Part shown: piece after piece, positions 27,748-37,306 of the stretch
Layout: each line of letters begins with the position of its first letter
Position numbering within the stretch: the stretch's first letter is position 1
NCBI GenBank assembly: GCA_000992445.2
Contig: LBUF02000011.1
Coordinates: forward strand, 35,556 to 99,555
Length of the DNA stretch: 64,000 nt
Direction: 5' to 3'
From: Parcubacteria group bacterium GW2011_GWA2_38_13b
GTDB taxonomy: Bacteria > Patescibacteriota > Minisyncoccia > GWA2-38-13b
Translations under genes and position numbers: made by a program
Notes under the pieces: model-generated
What the model was told of the DNA's origin: nothing
Databases searched by the model: none
What the model saw: only the letters and a program-made list of their open reading frames with translations

Positions 27748-28989
27748 TTACGGTAAAAAAATTTTAAACCAACGTTTTATTTTATTAACGGCATTGCCCG
27801 AAGAAGATTGGCCATATCCCTTACCGCTCAATTCAGCATCAATCCCCCATAAAACAAGACCGACCGCCGTTGCAAAAACAGGATCATCCATTTTATCCGC
27901 CAATCCGTCAAATTCAGCCGGAAAACCGATTTGTGCGGGCAACTTCAATTCTTTTTTAACCAAATCAATAAAACCCGGTATCTTTGCTCCACCGCCGATT
28001 ATTACAACACCGGCCGGCAAAAGCCGATTACGATCAATTTTCTTCAACTCCAGGGTGGTTAAATCCAAAATTTCCAAAACCCTAGCTTCTATTATACTGG
28101 CAACTTCCTTACGGGGGATAAGATCTTCTTCGCCAAAACCGAATTTAGCCAAATCAATCACGTCATTTTTGTAAATTTCCTCCGGAAGACAAGAACCGTA
28201 TTCAATTTTAACTTTTTCGGCTATATCAATCGCGGTGCGCAATCCGATCGCCAAATCATTCGTAATATGCGCAGCGCCTACCGGTAAAATATTTATATGC
28301 CTGAGGTCTCCTTCTTCGTAAATGCACAATGACGAAGTCCCTCCTCCGACATCCAAACAAAGCACGCCGAGATCTTTTTGTCTTTTATTCAAAACGGCGC
28401 GACTTGCGGCCAAAATATCCAACACCAAAGCATCAATATTGATCCCCGATTCATTTACGCATTTCACTAAATTTTTAATAAACGGCGTTGAACCGTCTAT
28501 AATCAAGCTGTCCACTTCCAATCTTACGCCGTGCATTCCAATCGGATTTTTAATCCCCGTTTCGCTGTCAACGGTAAACACGCGAGGAATAATATGAATA
28601 ATCTCGCGATTAAGCGGCAATGATATGGCTTCGGAAGCGGAAATGACGCGCTCAACGTCTTCGTTGGAAATTTCGCCATCCGGACGAGAAACGGCAATGA
28701 CTCCCTTGCTTGCCATCGCTTTTATATGAGTACCGCCTATGCTTATGTAGGCATGATCTATTTTTATACCGGATATTCTTTCCGCTTCCGCTATTGATTT
28801 TTTGATACTTGAAATCGCATCATTTATATCCACAACTACTCCCTTGCGTAAACCGAAAGAAGGCGCCATACCGACACCCATAACCTGCGGCTTGATTGTT
28901 TCCCGGCTCGCATCAACTTTTACCACAACCGTATTGACAGTGCTGGTGCCGATGTCCAATCCTACGAAAATATCTTTATTGAATTTCAC
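27748..28989 (-). CDS. ftsA: Cell division protein FtsA (GTG start)
   Basis: Actin-fold motifs GLDIGTST and DVGGGTSSL. Length is 413 aa. Confidence 0.9.
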   Translation of the reverse strand: MKFNKDIFVGLDIGTSTVNTVVVKVDASRETIKPQVMGVGMAPSFGLRKGVVVDINDAISSIKKSIAEAERISGIKIDHAYISIGGTHIKAMASKGVIAVSRPDGEISNEDVERVISASEAISLPLNREIIHIIPRVFTVDSETGIKNPIGMHGVRLEVDSLIIDGSTPFIKNLVKCVNESGINIDALVLDILAASRAVLNKRQKDLGVLCLDVGGGTSSLCIYEEGDLRHINILPVGAAHITNDLAIGLRTAIDIAEKVKIEYGSCLPEEIYKNDVIDLAKFGFGEEDLIPRKEVASIIEARVLEILDLTTLELKKIDRNRLLPAGVVIIGGGAKIPGFIDLVKKELKLPAQIGFPAEFDGLADKMDDPVFATAVGLVLWGIDAELSGKGYGQSSSGNAVNKIKRWFKIFLP

Positions 28990-29077
28990 GTTGTCAAATT
29001 TATTTCCATCGCCGCGTTTGGATAAAACGCGAAGTGCTGCAATTGAAAATAAATATTTAATTTGCCGATTTATTAGT

Positions 29078-29437
29078 TTATTGTATAATATGGGGAATAA
29101 AAAGTAAAATTCCTACGGCTAAAGCGCCAAAAGAAAATATTAAAACAATGGACGCGGAAATATCTTTTACTATTTTTACGGCCGGACTCCAATTCGGATG
29201 AACTATATCCAACAATTTTTCCATAACCGTATTTAAAATTTCGGCCGCTAAAACAAAAACCAACAAAAGCACCAGTAAAGAAAACTCCGTTAAATTCAAT
29301 CCCCCAAAAAAACCGCCCAAAATTACCGCCACGGCTATCAAAACTTGAAAACGAAAACTTTGCTCCGCTCTCCAAACATACACGAGACCGTTTAATGCAA
29401 AACCAAAACTTCTTACAAAATGACGTATATTAAACAT
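29078..29437 (-). CDS. dgkA: Diacylglycerol/undecaprenol kinase
   Basis: 119 aa, three TM segments, EILNT motif of the prokaryotic DAGK family. An alternative-frame ORF at 29073-29375 is rejected. Confidence 0.85.
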   Translation of the reverse strand: MFNIRHFVRSFGFALNGLVYVWRAEQSFRFQVLIAVAVILGGFFGGLNLTEFSLLVLLLVFVLAAEILNTVMEKLLDIVHPNWSPAVKIVKDISASIVLIFSFGALAVGILLFIPHIIQ

Positions 29438-29447
29438 TAAAAAAATA

Positions 29448-29948
29448 TTAAAATTCCCTTTTTTTAAAAAAATTTATTCTTTTGTTTTTTAAATTTAAAC
29501 AAATAGTTTGTTCCATAAGCTCCATTTCTTCACGTTTTTGCCGGCTTCCTTCGTGCTCATATTCGAATAAATGCAATAATCCGTGAACCAAAACATAATT
29601 CAACTCTTCCCCTAAAACCGTTTTATATTTCTTGGCATTTGCTTTTACAACGCTTGGAGCGATAAAAATTTCACCCAAATAAACGATATCTCTATCTAAA
29701 TTTATAAAATTGCGAACACTTGCATAACTAAACGAAATAACATCCGTGGAACCGTCAATTTTTCTGTATTTTTTATTAATTTTGGCTATATTTCGCGCAG
29801 AAATAATATTAAGATCGACTTTTACGTCTGTTTTTATACCGCTCTTTTCCAATAAAAATTTTATTACAGGAATGAACTTGTTTTCATTGATAGAAAAATT
29901 CGTTTTATTATAAATATTTAAATCTAACTTCATCAGTCTAATCTTCAA
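29448..29948 (-). CDS. ybeY: rRNA maturation endoribonuclease YbeY
   Basis: Zinc motif HGLLHLFEYEHE. Confidence 0.9.
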   Translation of the reverse strand: MKIRLMKLDLNIYNKTNFSINENKFIPVIKFLLEKSGIKTDVKVDLNIISARNIAKINKKYRKIDGSTDVISFSYASVRNFINLDRDIVYLGEIFIAPSVVKANAKKYKTVLGEELNYVLVHGLLHLFEYEHEGSRQKREEMELMEQTICLNLKNKRINFFKKREF

Positions 29949-30438
29949 GTTTCTTTTTCAAAATATCGCCGACCAATTTTCCGTCTGCCACTCCCTTGAG
30001 TTGCGCCATTATAATCCCCATAGTTATTCCGAAATCACGCGCTCCCCGAACATCAATTCGTCGGCTGGCAGACAAAATTTTATCAATTTCAGCATTAATT
30101 TCCGGCTCAGATAGTTGTTTTGGCAAATATTTCTCCAATATATCCAGCTCTTCCTTTTCATTCAGCTCCAAATCACGCCTTCCTCCGCGACCAAAAACAT
30201 CGATTGATTCTTTTCTTTTTTTGGCTTCGCGAATCAAAACCTCCAAAACCTCGCTGTCATTAAGCAGGATTGACTCGTTTAATTGTTGCGGTTTTTTATT
30301 TTTACCGGAATGATATCTCTTTTCCAATTCCTTATTTTTTACAGCCGCGAACAATAAACGCAAAACGGAAACAATTTTACTATTTTTATTCTTTAACGCG
30401 GATTTAAAATCCCGCTGTATAATTTCGTATAAAGTCAT
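29938..30438 (-). CDS. yqeY: GatB/YqeY domain protein
   Basis: 166 aa with YqeY-like repeats. Its position directly after rpsU matches Firmicutes-type gene order. Confidence 0.75.
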   Translation of the reverse strand: MTLYEIIQRDFKSALKNKNSKIVSVLRLLFAAVKNKELEKRYHSGKNKKPQQLNESILLNDSEVLEVLIREAKKRKESIDVFGRGGRRDLELNEKEELDILEKYLPKQLSEPEINAEIDKILSASRRIDVRGARDFGITMGIIMAQLKGVADGKLVGDILKKKLED

Positions 30439-30650
30439 ATTTTACCCAACCTCTTGAGTTCTTCGTACTCTTGACGGCGTTTTACGCGCGCAAGAGCCGA
30501 TTTCCTCATTATTCTTTTAGTCAACGGCTGCTCTCTATGCTTGCGTCTTTTCGCTTCTTGTAAAACTCCGGCGCGATGAATTTGCTGGGAAAAACGACGC
30601 ACTAAAGCTCCAGCAGTTTCATTTGGTTTTTTTGTAATTTTTATTTTCAC
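30435..30650 (-). CDS. rpsU: Ribosomal protein S21 (GTG start)
   Basis: 71 aa, basic, with ALVRRFSQ...RRKHREQP, typical of S21. Confidence 0.88.
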   Translation of the reverse strand: MKIKITKKPNETAGALVRRFSQQIHRAGVLQEAKRRKHREQPLTKRIMRKSALARVKRRQEYEELKRLGKI

Positions 30651-30803
30651 TCCGTTAGAAGTTTGTCTTTACCCCGTTGGAAACACCGTTTCTAACGGGA
30701 TTTGCATAACCAAACGGTTAATTTCAGACAAACTTAAATTAAAAGACATAAACCTCGTTAGTCCGGAGCAGAAAAATTTTCTTCAAAGAAAATTTTTTCG
30801 CGC
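30651..30803 (-). promoter_or_regulatory. rpsU leader element (homologous to the prfA leader, with an extra hairpin)
   Basis: Hairpin at 30768-30803, GACTAACGAGG box, GAAATTAACCGTTTGGTTAT, an extra CCCGTTAGAAAC/GTTTCCAACGGG hairpin, and CTTCTAACGGA running into the GTG start. Confidence 0.5.
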
Positions 30804-30835
30804 AAGACTTTAAACAGGGTTCTTGATTCAAAAAT

Positions 30836-31156
30836 TTAATAACCTCCCAATAAATGCAAATGCAAATGATCTATAATCTGCCCCCCTTTTCGACCTACAT
30901 TAAAAATTAATTTATATCCTTGCTCAATATTTTTTTCTTTAGCCATTTTTTTCGCCAATTCAAATAATCTCCAAAATAAATCTTTGTCTCCCCCACTTAA
31001 TTCATTGACGGATTCTATGTGTTTTTTAGGTAAAATCAACAAATGAACAGGCGCCTTGGGATTAATATCGTTAAGCGCCAAAATATACTCGTCTTCGTAA
31101 ACAATATTATCCCCTCTTTTTCCAATGGCCATTTCGCAAAAAATACATAAACTCAT
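30836..31156 (-). CDS. HIT-family nucleotide hydrolase
   Basis: Histidine triad HLHLHLLGG at the C-terminus. Confidence 0.88.
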   Translation of the reverse strand: MSLCIFCEMAIGKRGDNIVYEDEYILALNDINPKAPVHLLILPKKHIESVNELSGGDKDLFWRLFELAKKMAKEKNIEQGYKLIFNVGRKGGQIIDHLHLHLLGGY

Positions 31157-31166
31157 GGTATTAATT

Positions 31167-32477
31167 CTATTTAATCTTTTGAAAATATTTCTTAATTTGC
31201 GGAATCATTTTTTCCAATGGAATAATCTCCTGGACTCCGGATGCCATATCCCTGATAATAATCGTGCTGTCTAAAGCTTCTTTTTGTCCGAAAATCAATG
31301 TCATTGGCGCGTTCATCCTGTCCGCGAGTTTCAACTGCGATTTCATACTGTTCTTTCCAATAGCTTCAACAACGGATAATCCGGCGCGCCTTAATTCCTC
31401 AAATAATTTGAAACTCTTTTTTCTGGCAAGATCGCCCAATTGAATTAAAAAAATCGACGGCTTTTTAATCCCCGGAATCTTTACATTATTTTCTTTCATA
31501 AGCAATATCAATCTTTCTATGCCCATACCACATCCTACCGCCGGAGTATCTTTTCCGCCCAAATCTGAAACTAGATTATCATATCTTCCGCCTCCCCCCA
31601 CTGACGACTGACCCAACATATCGGCTTCACCATCGCTATTCTGAACTTTTGGAACAAATTCGAATACTGTTTTAGTGTAATAATCCAATCCCCTGACCAA
31701 ATGAACATCCAGAAAATAAGGCACGCCGATTTCATCAATAAATTCCAGCACGCTCTTAAAATAATTTTTGCAATTTTCGCAAATATGATCAATAATCTGG
31801 GGAGCATTCTTCTTTAATTGCCGGCATTTTTCTTCTTTGCAATCCAAAATTCTTAACGGATTGGATTTTATTCTTATTAAACAATTTTTACATAATTTCT
31901 TGGACCGGCTGCGATAATATGACAAAAGCGCCGATCGAAAAACCGGCTTACATTCCTTGCACCCGATACTGTTTATTTTCACAACAATATCCCGAAGTCC
32001 CAAATTTTCCAAAATAAGCCAACACACAAAAATGATTTCCGCATCCAAAGCGGGATCGGTGTTGCCGAAAATATCAAAGTTAAATTGCCGATGTTCGCGA
32101 TAACGTCCTTTTTGCGGATTCTCGTGCCGAAATAAAGAACCGATAGTATACAATTTTATCGGCTGAGAAAAATTATGCATTCCGTGCTCAATATACGCTC
32201 TTGCCATACCGGGAGTAAATTCCGGTCTTAAAGACAGCATATCGCCTCCTTTTGTCCGAAAAGAATACATTTCCTTTTCCACGATATCGGTATTCCTGCC
32301 CGTACCGCGAATAAATAAATCCGTATATTCCAAAACGGGAAGATCTATCCTGGAAAATCCGTAAGCGCCGGCAAACATTTCCACGATATAATTTATTCTT
32401 TTAATATAAGCCTGATCAGCCGGCAAAATATCATGCATACCTTTTACCGATTGAGTCAATGATTTCGTAGAAGTCAT
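31167..32477 (-). CDS. hisS: Histidyl-tRNA synthetase
   Basis: LRPEFTP and GGGGRYDNL motifs. Confidence 0.95.
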   Translation of the reverse strand: MTSTKSLTQSVKGMHDILPADQAYIKRINYIVEMFAGAYGFSRIDLPVLEYTDLFIRGTGRNTDIVEKEMYSFRTKGGDMLSLRPEFTPGMARAYIEHGMHNFSQPIKLYTIGSLFRHENPQKGRYREHRQFNFDIFGNTDPALDAEIIFVCWLILENLGLRDIVVKINSIGCKECKPVFRSALLSYYRSRSKKLCKNCLIRIKSNPLRILDCKEEKCRQLKKNAPQIIDHICENCKNYFKSVLEFIDEIGVPYFLDVHLVRGLDYYTKTVFEFVPKVQNSDGEADMLGQSSVGGGGRYDNLVSDLGGKDTPAVGCGMGIERLILLMKENNVKIPGIKKPSIFLIQLGDLARKKSFKLFEELRRAGLSVVEAIGKNSMKSQLKLADRMNAPMTLIFGQKEALDSTIIIRDMASGVQEIIPLEKMIPQIKKYFQKIK

Positions 32478-32510
32478 AATTGATAAAATAAGATAGCTTA
32501 ATTAATCCCG

Positions 32511-33044
32511 CTAAAAATCAAATATTGCAAACCTGTTAAAAGGAAAAATTCTAATCCATACTTTTCCTATAATATATTTTTCCGATAATGGTCCCCACTG
32601 GCGCGAATCAAAACTCTTCGTTCTATTGTCGCCCATAACAAAATATTCATCAAATCCCAACTGAACATTCGTATCGGCGGCGGTGATAATATCGCCAAGA
32701 TAATCTTCCATTATTTCTGTTTCCTTCCCGTCTTTTACTAAAAAAACTTTTTTGTTATTAATTTTAATGTTCTCGCCGGGAAGACCAATGATTCTTTTTA
32801 TATAATACTGCGAAGGATCGTTTGGATATTTAAATACAACCACTTCGCCTCTGATCGGTTTTTTAAAATTGTAACTTATTTCATCGATAATAACATATTC
32901 GCCATCGTCAAAATTCGGTTCCATTGAAGCTCCTGCGACAAAAAACGGCTGAATAATAAAATACCTGATCGGAACAATGATTAACAAAGAAATAATTATA
33001 ATTTTAGAAATTTCCCAAACATTTTCTAAAAAATTCTTAAACAT
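32511..33044 (-). CDS. lepB: Signal peptidase I
   Basis: Catalytic-Ser box GASMEP and the GDNRTKSFDSR box. Confidence 0.9.
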   Translation of the reverse strand: MFKNFLENVWEISKIIIISLLIIVPIRYFIIQPFFVAGASMEPNFDDGEYVIIDEISYNFKKPIRGEVVVFKYPNDPSQYYIKRIIGLPGENIKINNKKVFLVKDGKETEIMEDYLGDIITAADTNVQLGFDEYFVMGDNRTKSFDSRQWGPLSEKYIIGKVWIRIFPFNRFAIFDF

Positions 33045-33241
33045 ATCCCGCCCTTCAAAAGTATAAAATAATTAAAAAAATATAAAATTAAAAATCTTTT
33101 TATTTTAAATAATTTTATAATATGAAGTCAAACTAAAATTATCCAGCCACGCTTAAACGCTTTTAAAAATACTTTTGAAAGGCAGAATATATTGATAATT
33201 ATAAATCTAATTTATCTTTTGTGCAACACTTTTTTTATTTT

Positions 33242-33269
33242 AAAAAAACGTCCGCCGATTCGGCGGACG
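33242..33269 (-). terminator. Intrinsic terminator after rpsF-ssb-rpsR
   Basis: On the minus strand, CGTCCGCCG-aat-CGGCGGACG followed by TTTTTTT. Confidence 0.8.
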
Positions 33270-33301
33270 AATCATTGCTTCTTTAAATAATATTCATAAT
33301 C

Positions 33302-33496
33302 TTACACAAACGGCAATAAAGACATAATACGGGCGCGTTTTATGGCGCGCGCGACTCTCTTCTGATGTTTGGCGCAAAGATGCGTATATTTTCTTGGAGC
33401 TATTTTATTTTGAGCAGTCAAAAAACGGCGCAATGTTTCCGCATCTTTCCAATTGATTTCATTCACATTATTTTTACACAAATAGCAATTTTTCAA
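33302..33496 (-). CDS. rpsR: Ribosomal protein S18 (TTG start)
   Basis: 64 aa with ...RRFLT...KI.PRK.T..CAKHQ..VA.AIKRAR....LPF. It follows ssb. Confidence 0.9.
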   Translation of the reverse strand: MKNCYLCKNNVNEINWKDAETLRRFLTAQNKIAPRKYTHLCAKHQKRVARAIKRARIMSLLPFV

Positions 33497-33519
33497 TTTT
33501 TTTGTTAATATTTATAAAA

Positions 33520-33987
33520 TTAAAAAGGTATATCTTTTACATTGATCTCTTCCTCATTTTGAGAAATTTCACTTTCTTCAACGACAGGTATTGACTCATT
33601 GCGAGAATTGGTTCCCGCCGGTTTTATGTTTCCGGTTTCATTGACCACCATATTTCCCGCCGACTTCGGTCCCATTTGCATATTTTGCATTATAATTTCC
33701 GTACGATATTTTTTCGTCCCATCTTGCCCCTGCCAAGATCTTGTTTGTATTCTTCCTTCCGCAAAAATCAACTGTCCTCTCTTTAAATACATCGCGCATA
33801 TTTCGGCTAATTTTCCAAAAGCTACAATATTATGAAATTCCACTGTTTCTTGCTTGTTTCCGCTTTGATCTTTCCACGTTCTATTGGTTGCCACGCCAAA
33901 AGAAACTACGGCCTGACCGGAGGGCAATGTCCTTGATTCAATATTATTTGTCAAACGCCCTATCAATAAAACTTTATTTAAATTCAT
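33520..33987 (-). CDS. ssb: Single-stranded DNA-binding protein
   Basis: OB-fold N-domain and an acidic tail ending DIPF. Confidence 0.93.
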   Translation of the reverse strand: MNLNKVLLIGRLTNNIESRTLPSGQAVVSFGVATNRTWKDQSGNKQETVEFHNIVAFGKLAEICAMYLKRGQLIFAEGRIQTRSWQGQDGTKKYRTEIIMQNMQMGPKSAGNMVVNETGNIKPAGTNSRNESIPVVEESEISQNEEEINVKDIPF

Positions 33988-33999
33988 AGTAAATTAAAA

Positions 34000-34524
34000 T
34001 TAGATTTCACGTCCTAAAATTTCTTCCAACTTTTTATCAACATCCTCAAGGGTAATTTTTTCTTTTTCGGGAGCTTGATGAACAACGGATGCTTCCGGCG
34101 GAATATCCGATGCCTTCTTCCCTTCACCTTCCCTTACTCCTTCAATTTCAATAGCCGCTGATTTAATTTTTTGCGATTCATTAACGATTTTCTTGAATTC
34201 CTTTATCTGAATAATGTCAATATCGTCCGCTGTCCCAATATTGTATCTGAGTATATTCGCATTAAGCTTCAAATACTTCCTGAACTCATCCATTTTAACA
34301 GGCGCGAATTCAATCAAACTTACTTTTAAAAATCCATAACCGTAATGTTTTATCGGATAAGCAAGATTTTCGCGAATAATACCCTTTTCTTTTATCGTTC
34401 CCCCGCCCGATTTTTCTATAAAATTCTTTATTTCATTCTGAACATCGCCAAGACTGCTTTCCGCAATATCCGGTTTAATCCAATAAGAAAACTCGTATTT
34501 TTTTGTTCCATTTTCATTTTCCAT
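34000..34524 (-). CDS. rpsF: Ribosomal protein S6 with an acidic C-terminal extension
   Basis: S6-like N-terminal 100 aa and the conserved rpsF-ssb-rpsR order. Confidence 0.85.
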   Translation of the reverse strand: MENENGTKKYEFSYWIKPDIAESSLGDVQNEIKNFIEKSGGGTIKEKGIIRENLAYPIKHYGYGFLKVSLIEFAPVKMDEFRKYLKLNANILRYNIGTADDIDIIQIKEFKKIVNESQKIKSAAIEIEGVREGEGKKASDIPPEASVVHQAPEKEKITLEDVDKKLEEILGREI

Positions 34525-34585
34525 ATTTATATTGTAGAGTTTATATTATGCCGCAAACAGTGTCAAGTATTATAAAATTCAACAA

Positions 34586-36757
34586 CTAAACCAATCTTAA
34601 CGATAACACGCGCGACACCCCTTCGTCCATAGTCACGCCATAAAGAATATCGGCTAATTTCATTGTTTCACGATTGTGTGTGATTAAAATAAATTGTGTT
34701 TTTCGAGAAAGTTCCCGCAATATTTTCCCGAATTTTTGCGAATTATCTTCGTCAAGCGCCGCGTCTATTTCGTCCAAAACCAAAAAAGGAGGCGAAGCGG
34801 AAGCGATTATGGCAAACAACAAAGCAATGGATGTAAGCGATCTTTCTCCGCCGGAAAATAAACTCAAATCCTTGATTTTTTTGCCGGGCAATATAGCGCT
34901 GATATCCACTCCTTCGCGATTTATATTATCGTTTTCCTTATCGTTTCCGCCAGTTTCGTCATTATCGCCGTCAACCTGGTTTACGGCTGTTTTCCGCAAA
35001 AGCGAAGCCCGGCCACCGCCAAAAATAAGCCGGAAATAATTATTGAATTCATTGTTAATTACGGAAAAATAATCATTAAAATTTTCACGGATTTTTCTCT
35101 CCAATTCATCTATGACATTTTTAAGCGATGAAATGGTTTTTTTAAGATCTCCCGATTCCTTTTCCAAAAATTGATAACGCTGATCGGTTTCATGAAATTC
35201 CTGAATTGTCGCCTGATCTATGCTACCGATTTCATCGAGCCGAACTTTCAATCGTCTAATTTCTCTTTCCGAATCATCCTGATTAAACAATTCCGGAATT
35301 TTAATATCAGCCGCGATGATTTCCTGAATATTCATACCGGAATCCGCAATTTCTTTTTCAATATCGCCCAATTTCATAGAAACTTTCGCTTCTTCTATAT
35401 CCAAATCGCGCAAAACGTCTTTATCTCCGCCAATTTCGTCTTCAATGGCTTTTATCCGCCTTTCCATTTCAAAAAATTTCGCTTTCTCTTTTAATTCTTG
35501 ACCCTGCCTATTGGCAATGTTTGCCTGAATTTCACGCGACTCCGAAGATAATTTCGCGATTTTATCTTCCAACTCTTTTTTTTCTTCCAAAAGACCGGGG
35601 TTAACTTCCGGTTTTTTCAAATATTTTTTAATTTTGCCGTTTTTGATTTCATTATGCAAACAATCAAGCATTTCCAAACCCTCATTTAATATTTTATTTT
35701 TTTCGCCGGCATTTTGCGAATTCAACGCTTTTTTCAATAATTCCAACGATTGGGAAATCCGCGTTTTTATGTAATCAATATCGACCGGGGACACTTGCGG
35801 TTCACGCGCTATCAATATTAATTCAATTTTAGCTTCTATTTTCGCCGTCTCTTTTTCCATCTCTCCGATTTTCATCCGCAAATCATTCCATTTTTGCTGA
35901 AGACCGAAAATGCCGTTATCTCCGCTAAACATATTTTTTTCTTCCTTGCTTAAATTTTTTTTCAATTCGATCAACTCTTGCGATTTGCGAAATATTTCAT
36001 CTCTGGCAGATTTATTTCTTCGATTTATTTGATTTTTTTCTTTATACAAATTTTTTGAAATAACGCCAAAATAACTTTTTTGAATATCGCCGAGTTTTTT
36101 GACAATTTCCTCTCTTTTTTCGGCCTTGCTTGCTTGTTTTCTTAAATAATTCAAATGAGGTTCGATTTCCGCCATCAATGACGCCGTCTTTTCCAAATTA
36201 TCTTTGGTATTTTTTATTTTGCGCGCAGCCTCTTCTTTTTTTACTTGGTACCCCCTGACACCGGCCGCCTCTTCCAGAATAAGTTGTCTTTCCGTAGGAG
36301 AGTAATTCAATATCGCATCGGCCATACCCTGATTTATAATAGAAAAAGATTTTTGCGCCATACGGGCTTTGGTTAAAATATCCGCCACATCTTTAAGCCG
36401 CACCTTTGAATTATTGATGTGATATTCATTCTCTCCCGCACGAAAAATATTACGGCTGATAACCACTTCCGGAAAATCAATCGGCGCCGCTCCGCTGGAA
36501 TTGTCCATAAACAAAGCAACCCGAGCCTTGCCGAGACGAACTCTTTTTTTAGATCCGGAGAATATCAAATCTTCGCCCTTCTTTCCCCTTACGCTTTTCA
36601 TACTCTGCTCACCCATAACCCATTTAATGGCATCAACTATGTTTGACTTGCCGCATCCGTTGGGACCGACAATAGCCGTAATGCCGCCGGCAAAATCCAA
36701 AATCGTCTTTTGGGCGAAAGATTTGAATCCGGAAATTTCAAGACGTTTTAAATGCAT
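34586..36757 (-). CDS. smc: SMC-family chromosome segregation ATPase, unusually short (723 aa)
   Basis: N-terminal head LEISGFKSF...GPNGCGKSN, a C-terminal signature LFSGGERSL and Walker B LVLDEIDAALD. A coiled coil lies between them, with no recognisable hinge. Confidence 0.85.
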   Translation of the reverse strand: MHLKRLEISGFKSFAQKTILDFAGGITAIVGPNGCGKSNIVDAIKWVMGEQSMKSVRGKKGEDLIFSGSKKRVRLGKARVALFMDNSSGAAPIDFPEVVISRNIFRAGENEYHINNSKVRLKDVADILTKARMAQKSFSIINQGMADAILNYSPTERQLILEEAAGVRGYQVKKEEAARKIKNTKDNLEKTASLMAEIEPHLNYLRKQASKAEKREEIVKKLGDIQKSYFGVISKNLYKEKNQINRRNKSARDEIFRKSQELIELKKNLSKEEKNMFSGDNGIFGLQQKWNDLRMKIGEMEKETAKIEAKIELILIAREPQVSPVDIDYIKTRISQSLELLKKALNSQNAGEKNKILNEGLEMLDCLHNEIKNGKIKKYLKKPEVNPGLLEEKKELEDKIAKLSSESREIQANIANRQGQELKEKAKFFEMERRIKAIEDEIGGDKDVLRDLDIEEAKVSMKLGDIEKEIADSGMNIQEIIAADIKIPELFNQDDSEREIRRLKVRLDEIGSIDQATIQEFHETDQRYQFLEKESGDLKKTISSLKNVIDELERKIRENFNDYFSVINNEFNNYFRLIFGGGRASLLRKTAVNQVDGDNDETGGNDKENDNINREGVDISAILPGKKIKDLSLFSGGERSLTSIALLFAIIASASPPFLVLDEIDAALDEDNSQKFGKILRELSRKTQFILITHNRETMKLADILYGVTMDEGVSRVLSLRLV

Positions 36758-36867
36758 ATGATTTTATTATACTAAAAAACCGGCTTTATGAAAAGATGAT
36801 TATATTTCATAAACTATACCAATCGACCGGCAAGCGCCAAAACCGCGATATTAACATACGCAAAAAC

Positions 36868-36896
36868 TTGACTTCAAATAAAAAATTTATTATAAT
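36868..36896 (+). promoter_or_regulatory. Consensus sigma70-type promoter for the 98-aa ORF
   Basis: TTGACT-N17-TATAAT, about 60 nt upstream of the ATG at 36959. Confidence 0.6.
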
Positions 36897-36958
36897 AAAT
36901 TTTAATACGGTTCATTGACTTTTATTGGTTTTTTTAAAAATTTAAGGAGGATTTTACG

Positions 36959-37255
36959 ATGGTGCGCGTTAAAATCAAAATCGAATTTTATGCGGCAAAA
37001 TGTTATGTAAAAGACTGCTTCATTTCTTATGTGATGAAAAATTTATTTGAATACTATCTTAATATTGACACAAATATAATTCTGAAAACAGCCAATAATA
37101 ATTATTGTTGGCTGCTGGAATTAAGCGGCGAAAAAAATAACATAGAAAAAACCGTGAAATTTATTTCGGAAAATTTAAAAAATAACTACAAAAATGATTT
37201 TCAATATAGTCAAACGGCGGCGGGAAGTATAGGTTTCATCATCTATCCCAATTAA
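36959..37255 (+). CDS. Hypothetical 98-aa protein
   Basis: Strong SD (TAAGGAGG) 8 nt before the ATG, its own promoter and a terminator. No motif recognised. Confidence 0.55.
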   Translation: MVRVKIKIEFYAAKCYVKDCFISYVMKNLFEYYLNIDTNIILKTANNNYCWLLELSGEKNNIEKTVKFISENLKNNYKNDFQYSQTAAGSIGFIIYPN

Positions 37256-37263
37256 CAAAAAAA

Positions 37264-37289
37264 AGCGTGAATGCAAATTCGCGCTTTTG
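37264..37289. terminator. Hairpin terminator between the convergent 98-aa ORF and rnc
   Basis: AGCGTGAAT-gcaa-ATTCGCGCT followed by TTTT. Confidence 0.6.
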
Positions 37290-37306
37290 TAATATTCATA
37301 CCTTGC

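Noticed and set aside
29073-29375. 100-aa ORF in another frame of the dgkA locus
   Set aside because: The 29078-29437 frame gives a textbook three-TM diacylglycerol kinase. The alternative frame is Gly/Phe-rich with no recognisable motif.
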